Shown here one piece after another: positions 6,566 through 7,963 of a stretch of 7,963 nt of DNA. Source of the stretch: a virus. Taxonomy: Duplodnaviria > Heunggongvirae > Uroviricota > Caudoviricetes. Within the stretch, counting starts at the first letter, position 1; each line of letters opens with the position of its first letter. The translations under genes and the position numbers were made by a program. The notes under the pieces are model-generated. The model did not search any database. It saw nothing but the letters and a program-made list of their open reading frames with translations, and had not been told where the DNA came from. The stretch lies in the IMG/VR virus record IMGVR_UViG_2636416161_000013, positions 1 through 7,963 of that record; one strand, written 5' to 3'.

Positions 6566-7768
6566 TTATTTATCTTTAACCATTTTTTCTAAACATTCAA
6601 GCCAGTCATTTAGAGCCTTTAATTTAAATGGGATATACTGGCTAAGATTATAGTTAAATTCTGCGGAGCCTGCATTATATACGTGACCTAATAATGACTC
6701 GACAATATGAGGCATTACCCCCATGTTGTTTAATCCAGTTGAAAATGTCCGTCTTAAATCGTGTAGTGTCCATTTTTCATTATGCCCGAATATTTTATAC
6801 ATTCTGCGACCTTTCAGAGAAACAGCTCTATGCGTTCTCTCCTCACCCAAAAGTAAGCCCGTCCTCCCGGTTTCCTGTTTTAGCTCTTTTAACCAGTCTC
6901 TTATGCCTTCGGGAATTGGCCGAATAATCTTTTTATTACTTTTACTGTTATTTCTTGGAACAATCCAAACCCATTCATTAAAATCCCACTCAATCCAATG
7001 AGAACGGCGAATCTCTACAGTTCTAGCCCCAAAGACAATAAGCAACTTTATTAATCTAGAAAAATAAATATCCCGATGTTTCTCCTTTGCAAAATACCAA
7101 AGATCTGATAGTTCGGCATCACTCAAAACACGGTCGCGCTGTCCGGCAGATTCCCCTACATCGGTTAACGTTAAATGAACCAGGGCATCACTGATGGCAT
7201 AACGCCGAACATTGCAAAACCGCAATGCCTGCTTGGAGAGCTGAAACATACGCCCCGCCGTTTTTGAACTTATAGCGCGAATCTCATCAAAACATTTTAC
7301 CCAATGGCGAGTATCGCACCGTGATAACGGATAATGGCCTATTCTGGGGTAGACATGTTTGCAGAATTGCGCCCTTATCAATTCCTCATCTTTGCGCTTA
7401 TGTCTTGCATAATTGACCAACCAATATTCCAACGCATCTCGAACAGTAACAGGAGCACGGGATTCTTCAGTAAAAAGTTGGAGTTCAATTTTTGGATCAA
7501 GACCATTAGCCAACCATTGACGGCAACGCTCACGCCACATCCTGGCATCTTTCAGACTAATATCAGGGTAATTCCCTAGAGTAAGACGAATAACTGAACT
7601 CTCACGCCCTCCAAGGCGATATGAAAAAACCCAGCTCACATGCCCTTTAGTTGATAACCTGACCCCTAACCCCTCTCCGTCAGCAAGCATTTCAACACGA
7701 TCCCTATGCGTTCCTTGCAGCGCCTTTAGTTTCCTGTCGCTGAGCTTATTCGTTCCAGACATCATCAC
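6566..7768 (-). CDS. int: Site-specific tyrosine integrase, P4 / CP4-57 family (tRNA-island type)
   Basis: 400-aa ORF. N-terminal arm-binding-like region LSDRKLKAL...GLGVRLSTKGHVSWVFSYRLGG...LGNYP.ISLKDAR and C-terminal catalytic region HDLRRTFST...LLGHVYN...Y. The track start at 7768 is a GTG; the first ATGs are at 7765 and 7762. Confidence 0.9.
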   Translation of the reverse strand: MMMSGTNKLSDRKLKALQGTHRDRVEMLADGEGLGVRLSTKGHVSWVFSYRLGGRESSVIRLTLGNYPDISLKDARMWRERCRQWLANGLDPKIELQLFTEESRAPVTVRDALEYWLVNYARHKRKDEELIRAQFCKHVYPRIGHYPLSRCDTRHWVKCFDEIRAISSKTAGRMFQLSKQALRFCNVRRYAISDALVHLTLTDVGESAGQRDRVLSDAELSDLWYFAKEKHRDIYFSRLIKLLIVFGARTVEIRRSHWIEWDFNEWVWIVPRNNSKSNKKIIRPIPEGIRDWLKELKQETGRTGLLLGEERTHRAVSLKGRRMYKIFGHNEKWTLHDLRRTFSTGLNNMGVMPHIVESLLGHVYNAGSAEFNYNLSQYIPFKLKALNDWLECLEKMVKDK

Positions 7769-7777
7769 CGTTCCGAT

Positions 7778-7800
7778 ATTGATACACGCATTGATACACG
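7778..7800. repeat. Two tandem direct copies of ATTGATACACG (7778-7788 and 7790-7800, 12-bp period) 10-30 bp upstream of the integrase start
   Basis: Read directly from the sequence; the position in the int 5' region suggests a protein-binding (operator or arm-type) site. Confidence 0.7.
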
Positions 7801-7810
7801 TGAAATATTA

Positions 7811-7889
7811 ATATCCAGAAAAAATGAAATCGAGCATGAACACAAAATCACTACAACATAATGATTTTGATTGATTTTTTATATCCAGA
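7811..7889. repeat. Direct repeat ATATCCAGA at 7811-7819 and 7881-7889 in the AT-rich region upstream of int
   Basis: Two exact 9-bp copies 70 bp apart; a 10-bp AT palindrome ATATTAATAT (7805-7814) overlaps the first copy. Confidence 0.5.
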
Positions 7890-7963
7890 GGGTAAACACC
7901 AGAAAAGTCAGGAACATAAAAAACATTACTTCTACAGTATGTTTCATATCTCTAACCATATGA

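Noticed and set aside
5899-7579. Plus-strand ORFs 5899-6165, 6066-6254, 6694-6927, 6723-7001 and 7334-7579
   Set aside because: They are antisense to the 350-aa gene and the integrase; the low-complexity Ile/Tyr-rich or Leu/Phe-rich translations are what AT-rich antisense frames produce.
7769-7963. Possible tRNA gene or att core next to the integrase
   Set aside because: The region is AT-rich with no cloverleaf-compatible GC-rich segment or CCA-type end that I could see; the attachment site is probably beyond the right edge, so no tRNA or att feature is claimed.
1-7963. CRISPR array, insertion sequence or transposon
   Set aside because: There are no regularly spaced repeats of 25-40 bp, no transposase-like ORF and no terminal inverted repeats; the only repeats are the short ones reported above.
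7944-7963. Short inverted repeat TCATAT...ATATGA at the right window edge
   Set aside because: Six-bp arms in an AT-rich region are expected by chance, and the element is cut by the window edge; not interpretable.

Overview
All convincing genes in this 7963-bp window lie on the minus strand and form a compact integrative-element backbone of the tRNA-island / phage-satellite (P4-like or PICI-like) type. Reading in the direction of transcription (right to left): a P4-family tyrosine integrase (6566-7768); a tightly linked, AT-rich 350-aa gene of unknown function (5497-6549); an AlpA-family regulator (5081-5401); a 194-bp regulatory spacer with a strong plus-oriented hairpin/T-tract; four overlapping small ORFs (4886 down to 3766); an AT-rich acidic 99-aa gene (3399-3698); an 889-aa P4 alpha-like primase-helicase (683-3352); and a second tyrosine recombinase (680 to beyond position 1) translationally coupled to the primase. 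No tRNA, rRNA, CRISPR array or transposase was seen. Family assignments rest on motifs read from the translations and recalled from memory; no database search was run. The best candidates for something undescribed are the 350-aa cargo gene in the integrase operon, the small-ORF operon, the acidic 99-aa gene and a possible cis-antisense RNA. GC comments are by-eye estimates.
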